This document shows, one piece after another, positions 1 through 12,081 of a stretch of 32,000 nucleotides of DNA (its first letter is position 1; each line of letters opens with the position of its first letter). The position numbers and the translations under genes are program-made. Location: the sequence record JAKSYS010000061.1; one strand, given 5' to 3'. The notes beneath the pieces were generated by a model. It ran no database searches. It had not been told where the DNA came from and saw only the letters and a program-made list of their open reading frames with translations.

Positions 1-1377
1 AGGTTGAAATAATTCTAAAGCCATTTCATAAGGTAAACCACACTGATTTAATTTTAGAGTGGGACCTACCACAATAACAGAACGACCGGAATAATCTACC
101 CGTTTCCCTAATAAGTTTTGACGAAAACGACCATATTTACCTTTAATAATATCTGATAACGATTTTAACGGTCGGTTATTTGCACTTAAAGCAATTTTAC
201 CTCGTTTACCATTATCAATTAAAGTATCAACAGCTTCTTGTAACATCCTTTTTTCATTTCGAATAATTAACTGAGGTGCATCAATTTCTAATAATCTTAA
301 TAACCTATTATTACGTGTAATTATTCGACGATATAATTCATTTAAATCTGATGTAGCAAAACGGCCACCTTCTAATTGAATCATAGGCCGTAATGCAGGT
401 GGAATTACTGGTAAGATTGTTAAAATCATCCATGCAGGATTAGCTCCAGTACCCACCAAATTTTCTAATATTCGAATTCTTTTAATTGCCTGTTCACGTA
501 ATTTATATAACCGTTGCTGTTCCCATTTTCGGAACCATTGTGAAAAATCATAATGAGGAGATTTTTTATTTAAGGTTTCGGTACAATCAGATACAAAAAG
601 TCTTGTTCTATAAATTTCTGTTTTTAAATTTAAACGTTCTAATTCACGTTTAATGAGTGGTGCTCCAATTAAAAAATTTGGTGTCGCTCTTAATAAATAT
701 TTTGGTGTACTATAACGTCTACTTTGAGGTTTGGGGTAAGGTTTTAATGGATAATCTGTCGCCCCTATTAAACGAAAATAACGATATTGCTGAAGATCCC
801 AATGTAAGCCATAAAATGAAATTTCATCTTCAGCAATAAAATAAGTAATCGAAGCTAACTTTATTCGTTTAATTCGTTCATCCCAAAGTTCAACAATAGT
901 GGACGTCGTTGGTTTTAAATATCCACATCTAGTACAACGTTCAGAATAAAGTGTGTATGCTGTATTAAATGTTTTTTCACTGTCCTCAACCTCCAATAAT
1001 AAAGCTAAAAAATTGGGCCTGCTATTTATATACCAAACATGAGCTACAGGATAAATTAAATTAATGTAACCCATTCGATGACGACGAACTCGAGATTCTG
1101 TTAACTCAACACCGCAACGCTCACAAATTAAACCTTCATAGCGAACACGTTTATATTTACCGCAAGCACACTCTAAACTTTTACTAGGTCCAAATATTCG
1201 TTCACAAAATAAACCATCCATTTCTGGCTTAAATGTACGGTAATTTATGGTTTCAGATTTTTGCACTTCTCCAACAAATTGACCATTAGGTAATCGACGA
1301 TTTGCCCATTGTAAGATTCGTAACGGAGACGCTAACTTTATTTTAATGTAATCAAATTCTTTTACAAATTGTATCAT
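1..1377 (-). CDS. rpoC1: RNA polymerase beta' subunit, N-terminal gene (RpoC1); 5' part only, runs off the window start
   Basis: Hand translation of the minus strand from ATG at 1377-1375 gives [116 protein letters not shown]...[39 protein letters not shown]. Checked codon by codon from 1377 down to position 301 with no stop; positions 1-300 were only read roughly and looked in frame. Absent from the ORF track because it has no stop in the window. Confidence 0.95.
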   Translation of the reverse strand, partial: MIQFVKEFDYIKIKLASPLRILQWANRRLPNGQFVGEVQKSETINYRTFKPEMDGLFCERIFGPSKSLECACGKYKRVRYEGLICERCGVELTESRVRRHRMGYINLIYPVAHVWYINSRPNFLALLLEVEDSEKTFNTAYTLYSERCTRCGYLKPTTSTIVELWDERIKRIKLASITYFIAEDEISFYGLHWDLQQYRYFRLIGATDYPLKPYPKPQSRRYSTPKYLLRATPNFLIGAPLIKRELERLNLKTEIYRTRLFVSDCTETLNKKSPHYDFSQWFRKWEQQRLYKLREQAIKRIRILENLVGTGANPAWMILTILPVIPPALRPMIQLEGGRFATSDLNELYRRIITRNNRLLRLLEIDAPQLIIRNEKRMLQEAVDTLIDNGKRGKIALSANNRPLKSLSDIIKGKYGRFRQNLLGKRVDYSGRSVIVVGPTLKLNQCGLPYEMALELFQP

Positions 1378-1385
1378 GGGTTTTA

Positions 1386-4300
1386 TTAAAATGATATGTC
1401 AGTTAAATTTGAGGCTGGAGAAAAGGTTTTTAAAAACGAGTTGTATTTTTCAATCAGGTTAACTTCAACTTCATAATTAGTTTGAGAACTAAATTTCTCA
1501 AATTTATAGGTACTCATGTCTAAACCAATTGCTCTTAATTCTTGTAATAAAACTTTAAAAGATTCTGGAATACCAAATTTAGAGATTTGTTGACCTTTAA
1601 CAATAGCATTTAGAGTTTCATTTCGACCTTGCATATCATCTGATTTAATCGTTAATAATTCTTTCAATGTAAAAGCAGCACCAAAACCTTCTAATGCCCA
1701 AACCTCCATTTCACCAAATCTTTGACCACCATGTTGTGCTTTTCCTCGTAATGGTTGTTGGGTTATTAATGAATAAGGTCCGGTAGCTCTGGCATGCATT
1801 TTATCGTCAACTAAGTGAATTAGTTTTAACATATAAGCATTTCCTATAGTAACTGGGTTTTCAAATTCTTTACCAGTACGACCATCTAAAAGAACCATTT
1901 TTCCAGGAGCATAAGGATTAAATAACCAACTCTCATCATTTACAATTGAAGCTTGACGTAACTTTTTATTGATTAATATACGTGACATTTCTAAACCATA
2001 CATTTCATCAAATGGTAATATTTTAAATCTACAATTTAATTTATCACCCGCTAGTCCTAGTAAACATTCGTATAATTGACCTACATTCATACGAGATGGT
2101 ACACCTAAAGGATTTAATATAATATCTAAGGGACGACCATTTGGTAAAAATGGCATATCTTGTCTTGGTAATATACGAGAGATAATTCCTTTATTCCCAT
2201 GACGACCAGCAATTTTATCGCCCACTTGAATTTTACGAATTTGTGCGATAAAAATATAAATTTTTTCAAATTTATAAGTTAATTGTGTTCTTCTGTTAAA
2301 TGTAATCGTTTCAATGATTCGACCATATTCACCGTCAGGCATTCTATATGAATTATCTTTTACACCTTTTGATTTTGCTCCAAAGATTGCTCGTAATAAT
2401 TTTGCTTCTGGTAATTGTTCTGATGTATCATTGGCGCTTACTTTGCCCACTAAAATATCACCAGGTTTTACAAACGTCCCAACTCTTATAATTCCATCAT
2501 CATTTAAATTTTCAACTTCTGCTAAAGTCAGATTTGGAATATTTTTTGTAGTTTGTTCTGGTAAATCTGATGATCTATCTATCTCAACTTTGTAACGCTC
2601 TATATGAATGGAAGTAAATACATCGTCATACACTAATCTTTCATTTATCAATATAGCATCTTCAAAATTATAACCCTGCCACGGCATATAACCAACTAAA
2701 ACATTTTGCCCAAGAGCAATCTCACTAGCATTAATTCCAGGACCATCAGTTAATATTTGACCAGATTTAATAGTTTCACCTTTCCAAATAATAGGACGAT
2801 GATTGATGCAAGTTTGTTGATTGGAACGTAGGTACTTCTGTAACTTGTAATTAGCTTTTCGACCTTCAGAAGTTCGAATAGTAATTTTCGTAGCTGTTAC
2901 TGAATCAACAATTCCTGATATCTGAGCATTAATTGTCATTCCTGAATCAATGGCAATTTGATTCTCTAAACCTGTACCAACAATTGGTTTTTGAGGTAAT
3001 AATAAAGGAACAGATTGACGCTGCATATTTGAGCCCATTAAAGCCCTATTAGCATCATCGTGTTCAAAAAATGGAATTAAAGATGCAGCAACTGATACAA
3101 CTTGAACTGGTGATATCGCAATAAAATCAACTTCTGAAGGCGAAACATTTATGAAATCTTGTTTATATCGAACAGGAATAACATTCTTAATCAAATAATT
3201 ATCCGCTGTTATAGCAATATCAGCAGGTGCAATTTTATATAGATCCTCAATATCGGCTGTTAAATAGATAGGATTACCGGTTTTAAGAACTTTACCATTA
3301 ATAACTCGCCAAAACGGAGTTTCTAAAAATCCAGATTTATTTACGCGTGCACACGTAGTCAATGATGCTATTAAACCCACATTTTGGCCTTCTGGAGTTT
3401 CAATGGGGCATATTCGACCATAATGACTTGGATGAATATCTCGAACTGAAAAACTAATACGATCACGCTCAAATCCTCCAGGACCTAACCCACTAACACG
3501 ACGTCGATGAGTTAATGAGGATAAAGGATTAGTTTGATCAAGATATTGGGATAATTGACTTGACCCAAAAAATTCTTTAACTGTAGCATTAACTATATTA
3601 AAACTTAATAAATGAGTAGAATCTATATTATTAGTTTGATTACGGAGTTTTCTAACTAATCTTTGAAATCCTATCCGAAATAAATTTTGCAATAATTCTC
3701 CTACAGATCGTACACGTCGATTTTTTAAATGATCAATGTCATCAGCTATAGTTTTCGAAATTGTTAAAGTTATTAATTTATCAGTAATTGCAAAGATATC
3801 TTCATAGGTTATTGTTTGATAACGTTCACTTATATCTGTGTTTAGACGTTTATTAATTTGAATCCGACCAATTTTTCCTAATCTATAATAAGAAGGATCA
3901 AATATTCGCGAAAATTCAGAAATTTGACTAAACTGATTTGAAGGTACTTGGAATCGTAATAAAGGTTGATTCAAAGTTAGTGAATGAATTAATAATGGTT
4001 TAGTAAAATAAAAAAAATCACGATGTTCTAAGTTTTGGTAAATTTCTAGATCACTAAGACCCATTTCTTTTAATAATGAAAGAACTGACTTTTGAGTAAT
4101 TTTATCTAATTGAATGGTTACATATTCTTCTTGATGTTTAATTGGATAATTATAGGGATTAATTTTTAAATTTTTCTGAAAACCAAATCGGATCCAAGAA
4201 CCATATTCAGGAATTAACGTTGCAGTGTATAATTCTTTGTCACTATATTTTTTGTCATAATTTGTTAGAACTTTATGATCATCATTAAAAATTAATAATC

Positions 4301-5515
4301 GAGTTTTTGATTTAGTATATTGATGTCTATCAGGACTATAACTAATATCAGATATTTTCTTAAATGTATAACGTAATTGATCTTTTAAACTTTTTGAAAA
4401 ATAAATGGTTGATCTTAAACTTAACAAATTATTAAAATTTGACAAATAGGAATAAGAGATAGAATCATTTTCTAAATTTTGTTTTAAAAGAGAAAAAATT
4501 CTGTAAACTATTAATTTTTAAATTAGATAATTTTGTTAAAAGAAGTAAATTTTTATTTAAATAAAATTGACATAATTTTAAAGAAAATTGAATGATATTC
4601 TCATACTTTTGTAAAATAATATCTTCGTCTAAATTTTTATTTCCATTAATTTTTTTATAGTTATTAACTAAGTTTGTTAATGAATTAAAGTATTGGATAA
4701 TATAATTAATACTTTGTGAACTTTTAGAATTTACTTTATAAATATTAGATTTTATTTGAAAAAATAATAGCCATTTATAAAATAGATAAATTAATTGGGT
4801 TTTTTTAGCAGATTCTGGTAACTTTAAAAAAGTTTGATATGTTTTTAAAGCGAATAATAAATAAGAATAATTAGTAGATGTTTTTGATTGTTTAAAAAAA
4901 TTCAAAGAATATGCTAAAACCGACTTTTGGGTCCAATGAGGTAATATTACTAAAGACTTTTCTTTCCATTCATAATTTATAGACGGTGTTGCAAAAAATA
5001 AATCAGTATCAGAAAGTGATGCTTGTCCTGCAGGTAAAAATGAACGTAATTTCGTAATTTCTGTTGATAATTTTCGTTTAAAGGGTCGTTGCCGTTTTTG
5101 ATTTTTTACTTTTTCAAAATAAATACCAGGGCTTCGGATAATTTGGCTAACAATGACCCGTTCGCAACCATTTAAAATAAATGTCGCAGCAGTTGTCATT
5201 AAGGGTAGTGTTATAAGTGGAAATTTACTGTAAAAAATAAACGGTGTTTGTCTTTTTATTTCTAACCTCAATAGGAATAACAAGTTGAGCACGATAATTT
5301 CCACTATATTTTCTAGCAACCGCTAGAGTACATGGAGGTTTCAGTAACCCATATTCTTCACCATAAAGAGCATATTCTGTATTTTGACTAAAATCCAGAA
5401 TTTGAGAAAAGAATCTTAATTCTTCGGATAAACCCTGAGTTAAAAACCAGCAAAAACTCGCTCTTTGCATAGTTATAAAATCAGGAAGAGTTGTAGTATA
5501 ATTTAGTTGATTCAT
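1386..5515 (-). CDS. rpoB: RNA polymerase beta subunit (RpoB); reading frame broken twice as given
   Basis: Three consecutive minus-strand ORFs in three frames (5515-5225, 5319-4465, 4445-1386) together make one RpoB. Motifs in order: [15 protein letters not shown]; [30 protein letters not shown]; [15 protein letters not shown]; [41 protein letters not shown]; [17 protein letters not shown]; [19 protein letters not shown]. The span is 4130 nt, i.e. 1376 codons plus 2 extra bases. Confidence 0.92.
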
Positions 5516-5620
5516 AATCTTTGTTATTGAATAAAAATAAATTGGTTCTTTGAACTTGACGCAAAAGATTATTTTAGTTAGAAAATTTTTACTTTTCTAG
5601 CTAAAATATTTTAAATTATT

Positions 5621-5902
5621 TTATGCTGTTTTCAAAGAAATCGCTAAACGTGATTTTTTTCTATCTATTGAATTTTTATGAAAAACTCGTTTTTTAGCAC
5701 CTTTATCCAATAAACTATAAATTGAATTTAAGATTTTTTTTGCTTTTTCTTTATCAGTAGGATCTTGAGAAATTTTATAAACGTCTAAATCTTTTACGAA
5801 AACTTTTATTAAAGTTCGCACGGTACTTTTATAAAAACGATTTCTTAAGCGATTTCGTTTAGTAATCTCTATACGTTTTTCTGCAGATTTGTTATTGGCC
5901 AT
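5621..5902 (-). CDS. rps20: 30S ribosomal protein S20
   Basis: 93-aa basic ORF starting MANNKSAEKRIEITKRNRLRNRFYKS, a typical S20 N-terminus. It lies directly upstream of rpoB on the same strand. Confidence 0.9.
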   Translation of the reverse strand: MANNKSAEKRIEITKRNRLRNRFYKSTVRTLIKVFVKDLDVYKISQDPTDKEKAKKILNSIYSLLDKGAKKRVFHKNSIDRKKSRLAISLKTA

Positions 5903-6086
5903 ATTAAAAATTTTGTTCTAGGTCTATTTTAACGAATATGTTTTGTTCTATCTTAATATATTTATAAAAAAATTGAAAGTTTTTAGTTTAAAAACTTTTT
6001 TATTAGGGCATTTTTTAAAGCTTGCTTTTATTGCTAAATTTATATAACATTTGCCCTTATAAGATAAAAGCTTAATTAACATTATT

Positions 6087-6280
6087 ATGGCAAAAATAAA
6101 GGAACTCGTATTTTAATTACTTTAGAATGTACAGAATGTCGTTCAAATACAAATAAAAGATCACCAGGTGTTTCAAGATATTTAACTCAAAAAAATCGCC
6201 GAAATAATCCTGAACGTTTAGAATTAAATAAATATTGCCCACACTGTAACAAAACAACAATACATAAAGAAATTAAATAA
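6087..6280 (+). CDS. rpl33: 50S ribosomal protein L33; frame broken by one missing base near the 5' end
   Basis: ATG at 6087. After restoring one A in the run 6092-6096 the reading is [64 protein letters not shown] with stop at 6278-6280. The span is 194 nt, i.e. 65 codons minus 1 base. CxxC...CxxC zinc-ribbon pattern of L33. Confidence 0.85.
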
Positions 6281-6292
6281 ATATTTTAAAAT

Positions 6293-6520
6293 ATGATTGC
6301 TAAAAACCAAAAAACTTCTCCAATCAGTATTAATCAAAAAATTGATTATAAAGATATTGATTTGCTAAGTCTATTTTTAACTGAACAAGGAAAAATTCTT
6401 CCACGTAGAGCTACAGGAGTTACAGTACAACAACAAAGAAAATTAACAAAAGCTATTAAACGGGCAAGAATTCTTTCATTATTACCATTTGTCGCTAGTA
6501 ATGATAATAATACTAAATAA
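6293..6520 (+). CDS. rps18: 30S ribosomal protein S18
   Basis: 75-aa ORF with [50 protein letters not shown], the S18 signature. Follows rpl33 as in the rpl33-rps18 operon. Confidence 0.93.
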   Translation: MIAKNQKTSPISINQKIDYKDIDLLSLFLTEQGKILPRRATGVTVQQQRKLTKAIKRARILSLLPFVASNDNNTK

Positions 6521-6818
6521 AAAATTCTTCACAATTTTAAACATTTTTCCAAATTAATTTGTTTTTTGATTAAATTAATTTGGAAAAAACTAAAACCCAA
6601 CCACCATAAATTCTCTGACCAATTTAATTTTTATGTAACAAAAGTAATATTTAACAAAAATTTGAATTATTAAATTTTAGAATGGTGTAGTGCAAACAAT
6701 ATTAGAATGTATATATCCATAAGTTTGTACTATAATATATAGTAGCACACACTATAGTAATTTGTAGAATTATAGATGAAAAACAAATATAATTTTTTAT
6801 TAACTAAGTTTTATCTAA

Positions 6819-6824
6819 AAGGAG
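6819..6824 (+). promoter_or_regulatory. Shine-Dalgarno-like AAGGAG upstream of ycf3
   Basis: AAGGAG lies 7 nt before the ATG at 6832. Confidence 0.5.
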
Positions 6825-6831
6825 AAGTTCT

Positions 6832-7338
6832 ATGGGGAATTTCATTGATAAAACCTTTACAGTAATAGCAGATATTTTATTGAAGGTTTTACCAGCAAGT
6901 AAAAAAGAAAAACAGGCCTTTTCGTATTATAGAGCTGGGATGGCTGCTCAAACAAAAGGTAGATATTCAGAAGCTTTAGAAAATTACTATGAAGCCTTAA
7001 GCTTAGAGGAAGATCCATATGATCGAAGTTACACACTTTATAATATTGGATTAATTTATGGAAATACAGGACGATATACCCAATCGTTAGAGTTTTATCA
7101 TCAAGCATTAGGGTTAAATCCAAATCTTCCTCAAGCTCTATACAATATTGGAGTAATTTATCATATGCAAGCAACACGTGCTGAATCTTTTACAGAAGAA
7201 GAATATGTTAACTTAGCTGAAAAATTATTTGATAAAGCAGCAGAATATTGGCGTCAAGCTCTAAAACTAGCACCTGATAATTATCCGGGGGTTCGGAATT
7301 GGTTAAAAATTACAGGTAGATTAGACGATTCAGATTAA
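6832..7338 (+). CDS. ycf3: PSI assembly TPR protein Ycf3
   Basis: 168-aa uninterrupted ORF: [53 protein letters not shown]...[10 protein letters not shown], the TPR repeats typical of Ycf3. Confidence 0.93.
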   Translation: MGNFIDKTFTVIADILLKVLPASKKEKQAFSYYRAGMAAQTKGRYSEALENYYEALSLEEDPYDRSYTLYNIGLIYGNTGRYTQSLEFYHQALGLNPNLPQALYNIGVIYHMQATRAESFTEEEYVNLAEKLFDKAAEYWRQALKLAPDNYPGVRNWLKITGRLDDSD

Positions 7339-7475
7339 GTATTAAAATTTCTGGAATATTCAACAATCGAGTGAAGATTGTTATACAATGATAGCCAATC
7401 AGACATTATTAAACGTTTAGTTATTTCAAATAATACATTAACTTGTGAAAGTATTTTTATTCTAAAATATTCTAG

Positions 7476-8913
<1,438 letters not shown>

Positions 8914-8915
<2 letters not shown>

Positions 8916-8919
8916 GGAG
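8914..8919 (+). promoter_or_regulatory. Shine-Dalgarno-like AAGGAG upstream of atpE
   Basis: AAGGAG overlaps the atpB stop codon and lies 8 nt before the ATG at 8928. Confidence 0.5.
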
Positions 8920-8927
8920 TAATAAAT

Positions 8928-9337
8928 ATGGTTATGAACATTCGCGTTCTTACCCTGATCGAGTTATCTGTTCAACGGCAGCGGATGAAGTGGTATTACC
9001 TGGTTTAACAGGTCAAGTAGGGGTATTAGATGGTCATGCAGCACTAATCACAGCATTAGATACTGGATTATTACGAATTAAGTTAGATGATACATGGACA
9101 CCCATTATTTTATGTGGTGGTTTAGCAGAAATCGATAGAAATCGTGTAACTGTATTAGTAAATGACGTTGAAGAATTTACTAATATTGAATTACGTGAAG
9201 CAACAAAAGAATTAGAAGAAGCAACATTGGCTGTTGAAAAAGCAGAAACTAGCAAAGATCGTTTAGATGCTTCTGTGGAATTAAAAAAAGCTAATGCTCG
9301 TGTTCAAGGAATTAATTATTTATCAAAAAAATTCTAA
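8928..9337 (+). CDS. atpE: ATP synthase CF1 epsilon subunit; frame broken by one missing base at codon 10
   Basis: The ATG at 8928 reads MVMNIRVLT, then stops 21 codons later. Adding one C to the run 8953-8955 gives MVMNIRVLTPDRVICSTAADEVVLPGLTGQVGVLDGHAALITALDTGLLRIKLDD..., joining the track ORF 8990-9337. The span is 410 nt, i.e. 137 codons minus 1 base. Confidence 0.88.
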
Positions 9338-9402
9338 ATAATAAAAACGAGTAGACTAAAGTTCTAACTTTAGTCTACTCGTTTTTATTATTTAGAATTT
9401 TT
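9327..9402. terminator. Perfect 37-bp inverted repeat (2-nt centre) at the atpE 3' end
   Basis: The left arm 9327-9363 (aaaaattctaaataataaaaacgagtagactaaagtt) is the exact reverse complement of 9366-9402. The left arm includes the last codons and the stop of atpE. Confidence 0.6.
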
Positions 9403-9433
9403 AAAATTAGAAATATTATTAGATTACATTATT

Positions 9434-10174
9434 ATGGTAACAAATTCTAATTTTAGTTTCACAAAAAATACAAATGTAGTATTAGAACTTCCTTTCTCAG
9501 AACATATTGAAGAATTAAGACAACGACTTTTATTATTATTTCTAACAATTATATTGTTAACAACAATATCATTTTTAGAAGTTAAACCAATAGTTAAAAT
9601 TTTAGAATATCCTATATCCAATGTAAAATTTTTCCAGCTTTCACCAGGCGAATATTTTATTTCCACTGTAAAGATTGCTTTTTACACAGGATTATTATTT
9701 ACAAGTCCTTTTGGAATTAGTCAAATAATTTTATTTTTGTTACCGGGATTAACAAAACGAGAAACGAAGATTATTTTACCGTTACTAATAAGCTCATTAG
9801 CTTTATTTGGATTAGGAATAGCTTTCTCTTACTATACATTAATTCCTGCAGCTTTAAATTTTTTCCTAAATTATAGTGAAGAAGTAATAGAACCTTTTTG
9901 GTCTTTTGATCAGTATTTTGAATTTATATTGGTTCTTTTTTATAGTACAGGATTAGCGTTTCAAATTCCAATTATTCAAATTTTAATTGGTTTATTAAAT
10001 ATTGTATCAGCTTCTCAAATGTTAGGAGCATGGCGATATATAATTTTAGTCGCAACAATTCTTGGGGCAATTTTAACCCCATCTACCGATCCACTTACAC
10101 AACTCTTATTATCGGTAGCTATATTGCTACTATATTTTGCTGGGTTAGGTATCTTGTTTTTAATAAAAAATTAA
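9434..10174 (+). CDS. tatC: Sec-independent (Tat) translocase subunit TatC (ycf43)
   Basis: 246-aa polytopic ORF with LPFSEHIEELRQRLL, LSPGEYF and LTPSTDPLTQ motifs typical of TatC. Confidence 0.9.
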   Translation: MVTNSNFSFTKNTNVVLELPFSEHIEELRQRLLLLFLTIILLTTISFLEVKPIVKILEYPISNVKFFQLSPGEYFISTVKIAFYTGLLFTSPFGISQIILFLLPGLTKRETKIILPLLISSLALFGLGIAFSYYTLIPAALNFFLNYSEEVIEPFWSFDQYFEFILVLFYSTGLAFQIPIIQILIGLLNIVSASQMLGAWRYIILVATILGAILTPSTDPLTQLLLSVAILLLYFAGLGILFLIKN

Positions 10175-10216
10175 TTTATATACTAAAGCATCCATCTTTT
10201 AAAAAGTATTTACTCC

Positions 10217-11161
10217 ATGATAACTAACAAGTTTATTAAAAGTCTTTTACTCAATTTAGCCTTTGTTGGACTATTACTTGGATTTGGCATTGAAAACTCA
10301 AATGCTTACCCAGTATTTGCCCAACAAAATTATTCAAATCCTCGTGCTGCAAACGGAAAATTAGCATGTGCAAACTGTCATTTGAATCAAAAAGCGATTG
10401 AAATTGAAGCTCCACAAGCTGTTCTTCCTAATTCAGTATTTGAAGTAACAGTAAAAGTACCTTATGATACGACTAAAAAGCAAGTTGGAGCAAATGGTCA
10501 AAAAGCTGATCTAAATGTAGGTGGTATTTTAATATTACCAAAAGGATTTAAATTAGCACCAAAAAATCAAATACCAGAAGAAGTTAAAGCAAAAAATAAA
10601 GGTGTATTTTATTCACCATATAGTACTGAGTTAGACAATATTTTAGTTGTTGGTCCTATTGCAGGTAAAACACACCAAGAATTAACTTTCCCAGTTATTG
10701 CTCCTGATCCAGAAAAAGATTCAGATATTAAATACTTAACATACCCAATTTATGCTGGAGGAAATCGTGGCCGTGGTCAAGTTTATCCTACAGGTGAAAA
10801 AAGTAATGTTAATGTGTTTGGTGCAAATCAAAATGGCCAAATTACTGAAATAACAACATCAGAAAAAGGTGAGTCAAATGTTATTATTGTTAATGCTAAT
10901 GGAACAAAAACATCACAAACTATTCCAACAGGTTTAGATTTAATTGTAAAAGTAGGTGATGTTGTAAAATCAGAACAAGCATTAAATAGTGATCCTAATG
11001 TTGGTGGGTTTGGTCAAGAAGAAAGTGAACTTGTTTTACAAAATCCGCTACGGATTATAGGTTATTTAGCTTTCTGTTTCTGTGTTTTATTAACACAAGT
11101 TTTCTTAATTTTAAAGAAAAAACAATTTGAAAAAGTACAAGCAGCAGAGCTTAATTTCTAA
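10217..11161 (+). CDS. petA: Cytochrome f
   Basis: 314-aa ORF with a signal peptide, then [26 protein letters not shown] (CxxCH haem site) and a C-terminal membrane anchor. Confidence 0.96.
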   Translation: MITNKFIKSLLLNLAFVGLLLGFGIENSNAYPVFAQQNYSNPRAANGKLACANCHLNQKAIEIEAPQAVLPNSVFEVTVKVPYDTTKKQVGANGQKADLNVGGILILPKGFKLAPKNQIPEEVKAKNKGVFYSPYSTELDNILVVGPIAGKTHQELTFPVIAPDPEKDSDIKYLTYPIYAGGNRGRGQVYPTGEKSNVNVFGANQNGQITEITTSEKGESNVIIVNANGTKTSQTIPTGLDLIVKVGDVVKSEQALNSDPNVGGFGQEESELVLQNPLRIIGYLAFCFCVLLTQVFLILKKKQFEKVQAAELNF

Positions 11162-11210
11162 TATAAATTGTGAAAAGCTACATATTTATGTAACTTTTCA
11201 CAATTTATAT
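11161..11210. terminator. Stem-loop filling the spacer between convergent petA and petF
   Basis: 11161-11177 (atataaattgtgaaaag) is the exact reverse complement of 11194-11210. An inner 6-bp tacata/tatgta extension follows one mismatch. Confidence 0.55.
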
Positions 11211-11509
11211 TAATATAATTCGTCTTCTTGATGTACTAAAATTGTACAATCAGATTTTGGATATGCGATACATGTTAAAACAAAACCTGCAGAAATTTGA
11301 GCATCCTCTAAAAATGTTTGTTCTGATTGGTCAACTACACCTGATTGAACTTTACCTGCACACGTTGAACATGCACCAGCACGACAAGAATAAGGTAAGT
11401 CAACGCCTTGCTCTTCTGCTGCGTCTAAAATGAATACGTCATCATTACACTCCATTGTTGTATTGATATTGTGCTCTTCACTTAATAATGTAACTTTGTA
11501 AGTAACCAT
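11210..11509 (-). CDS. petF: [2Fe-2S] ferredoxin
   Basis: 99-aa ORF with the plant-type ferredoxin cysteine pattern: [15 protein letters not shown]...LTC. Confidence 0.95.
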   Translation of the reverse strand: MVTYKVTLLSEEHNINTTMECNDDVFILDAAEEQGVDLPYSCRAGACSTCAGKVQSGVVDQSEQTFLEDAQISAGFVLTCIAYPKSDCTILVHQEDELY

Positions 11510-11628
11510 ATTACTCCTTACTTATAAATAGATAGGTATATAAAGAAAGATAAATTTAATCTTAGTTTACTAATTACCATTATACTACGGAAATGAAATT
11601 GTAGTAAAAAATTTTTCTAATTTTTTTT

Positions 11629-11988
11629 TTAAAACAATTGACGTAAACGACTTGCTTTTCCTTTTAAATTACGTAAGTAGTAAAGCTTAGATCGACGAAC
11701 TTTTGCTGAACGTATAACGGTAATTGTATCGACTTTAGGTGAATGAAGTAAAAAAATTCGTTCAATACCAATTCCTTGAAATATTTTTCGAACTGTTATT
11801 GTTGTATTAATTGAACTATTTTTTTTTGCAATAAGAGTACCTTCATAAAACTGAACACGTTCTTTATTACCTTCAATAATTTTCACACCAATTTTTAAAT
11901 TATCACCAATTTTTAAAACAGGAAGATCTTTTTTAAGAAACTGATTTTCGAGATTGACTACAGGGGTTTGGAAATTTAATTTCTCCAT
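11629..11988 (-). CDS. rpl19: 50S ribosomal protein L19
   Basis: 119-aa ORF with LPVLKIGDNLKIGVKIIEGNKERVQFYEGTLIAKKNSSINTTITVRKIFQGIGIERIFLLHSPKV, typical of L19. Confidence 0.92.
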   Translation of the reverse strand: MEKLNFQTPVVNLENQFLKKDLPVLKIGDNLKIGVKIIEGNKERVQFYEGTLIAKKNSSINTTITVRKIFQGIGIERIFLLHSPKVDTITVIRSAKVRRSKLYYLRNLKGKASRLRQLF

Positions 11989-12081
11989 TACTACTAATCC
12001 TTACATGATATTGTTTAATAATATTTATTTTACAATTAGATCGTTAAAAAAACAATATAAAAGTAGATTCTATTTAATTAT

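Noticed and set aside
4465-5319. The 284-aa ORF could be an independent hypothetical gene between rpoB fragments.
   Set aside because: It contains the RpoB block [30 protein letters not shown] and is flanked in adjacent frames by the RpoB N-terminus and the remainder of RpoB. It is therefore the middle segment of rpoB.
8990-9337. The track ORF starts at GTG 8990, which could be the true atpE start.
   Set aside because: The upstream ATG at 8928 has an AAGGAG 8 nt before it. It encodes the conserved epsilon N-terminus once a single C is restored, whereas a start at 8990 would remove about 20 conserved residues.
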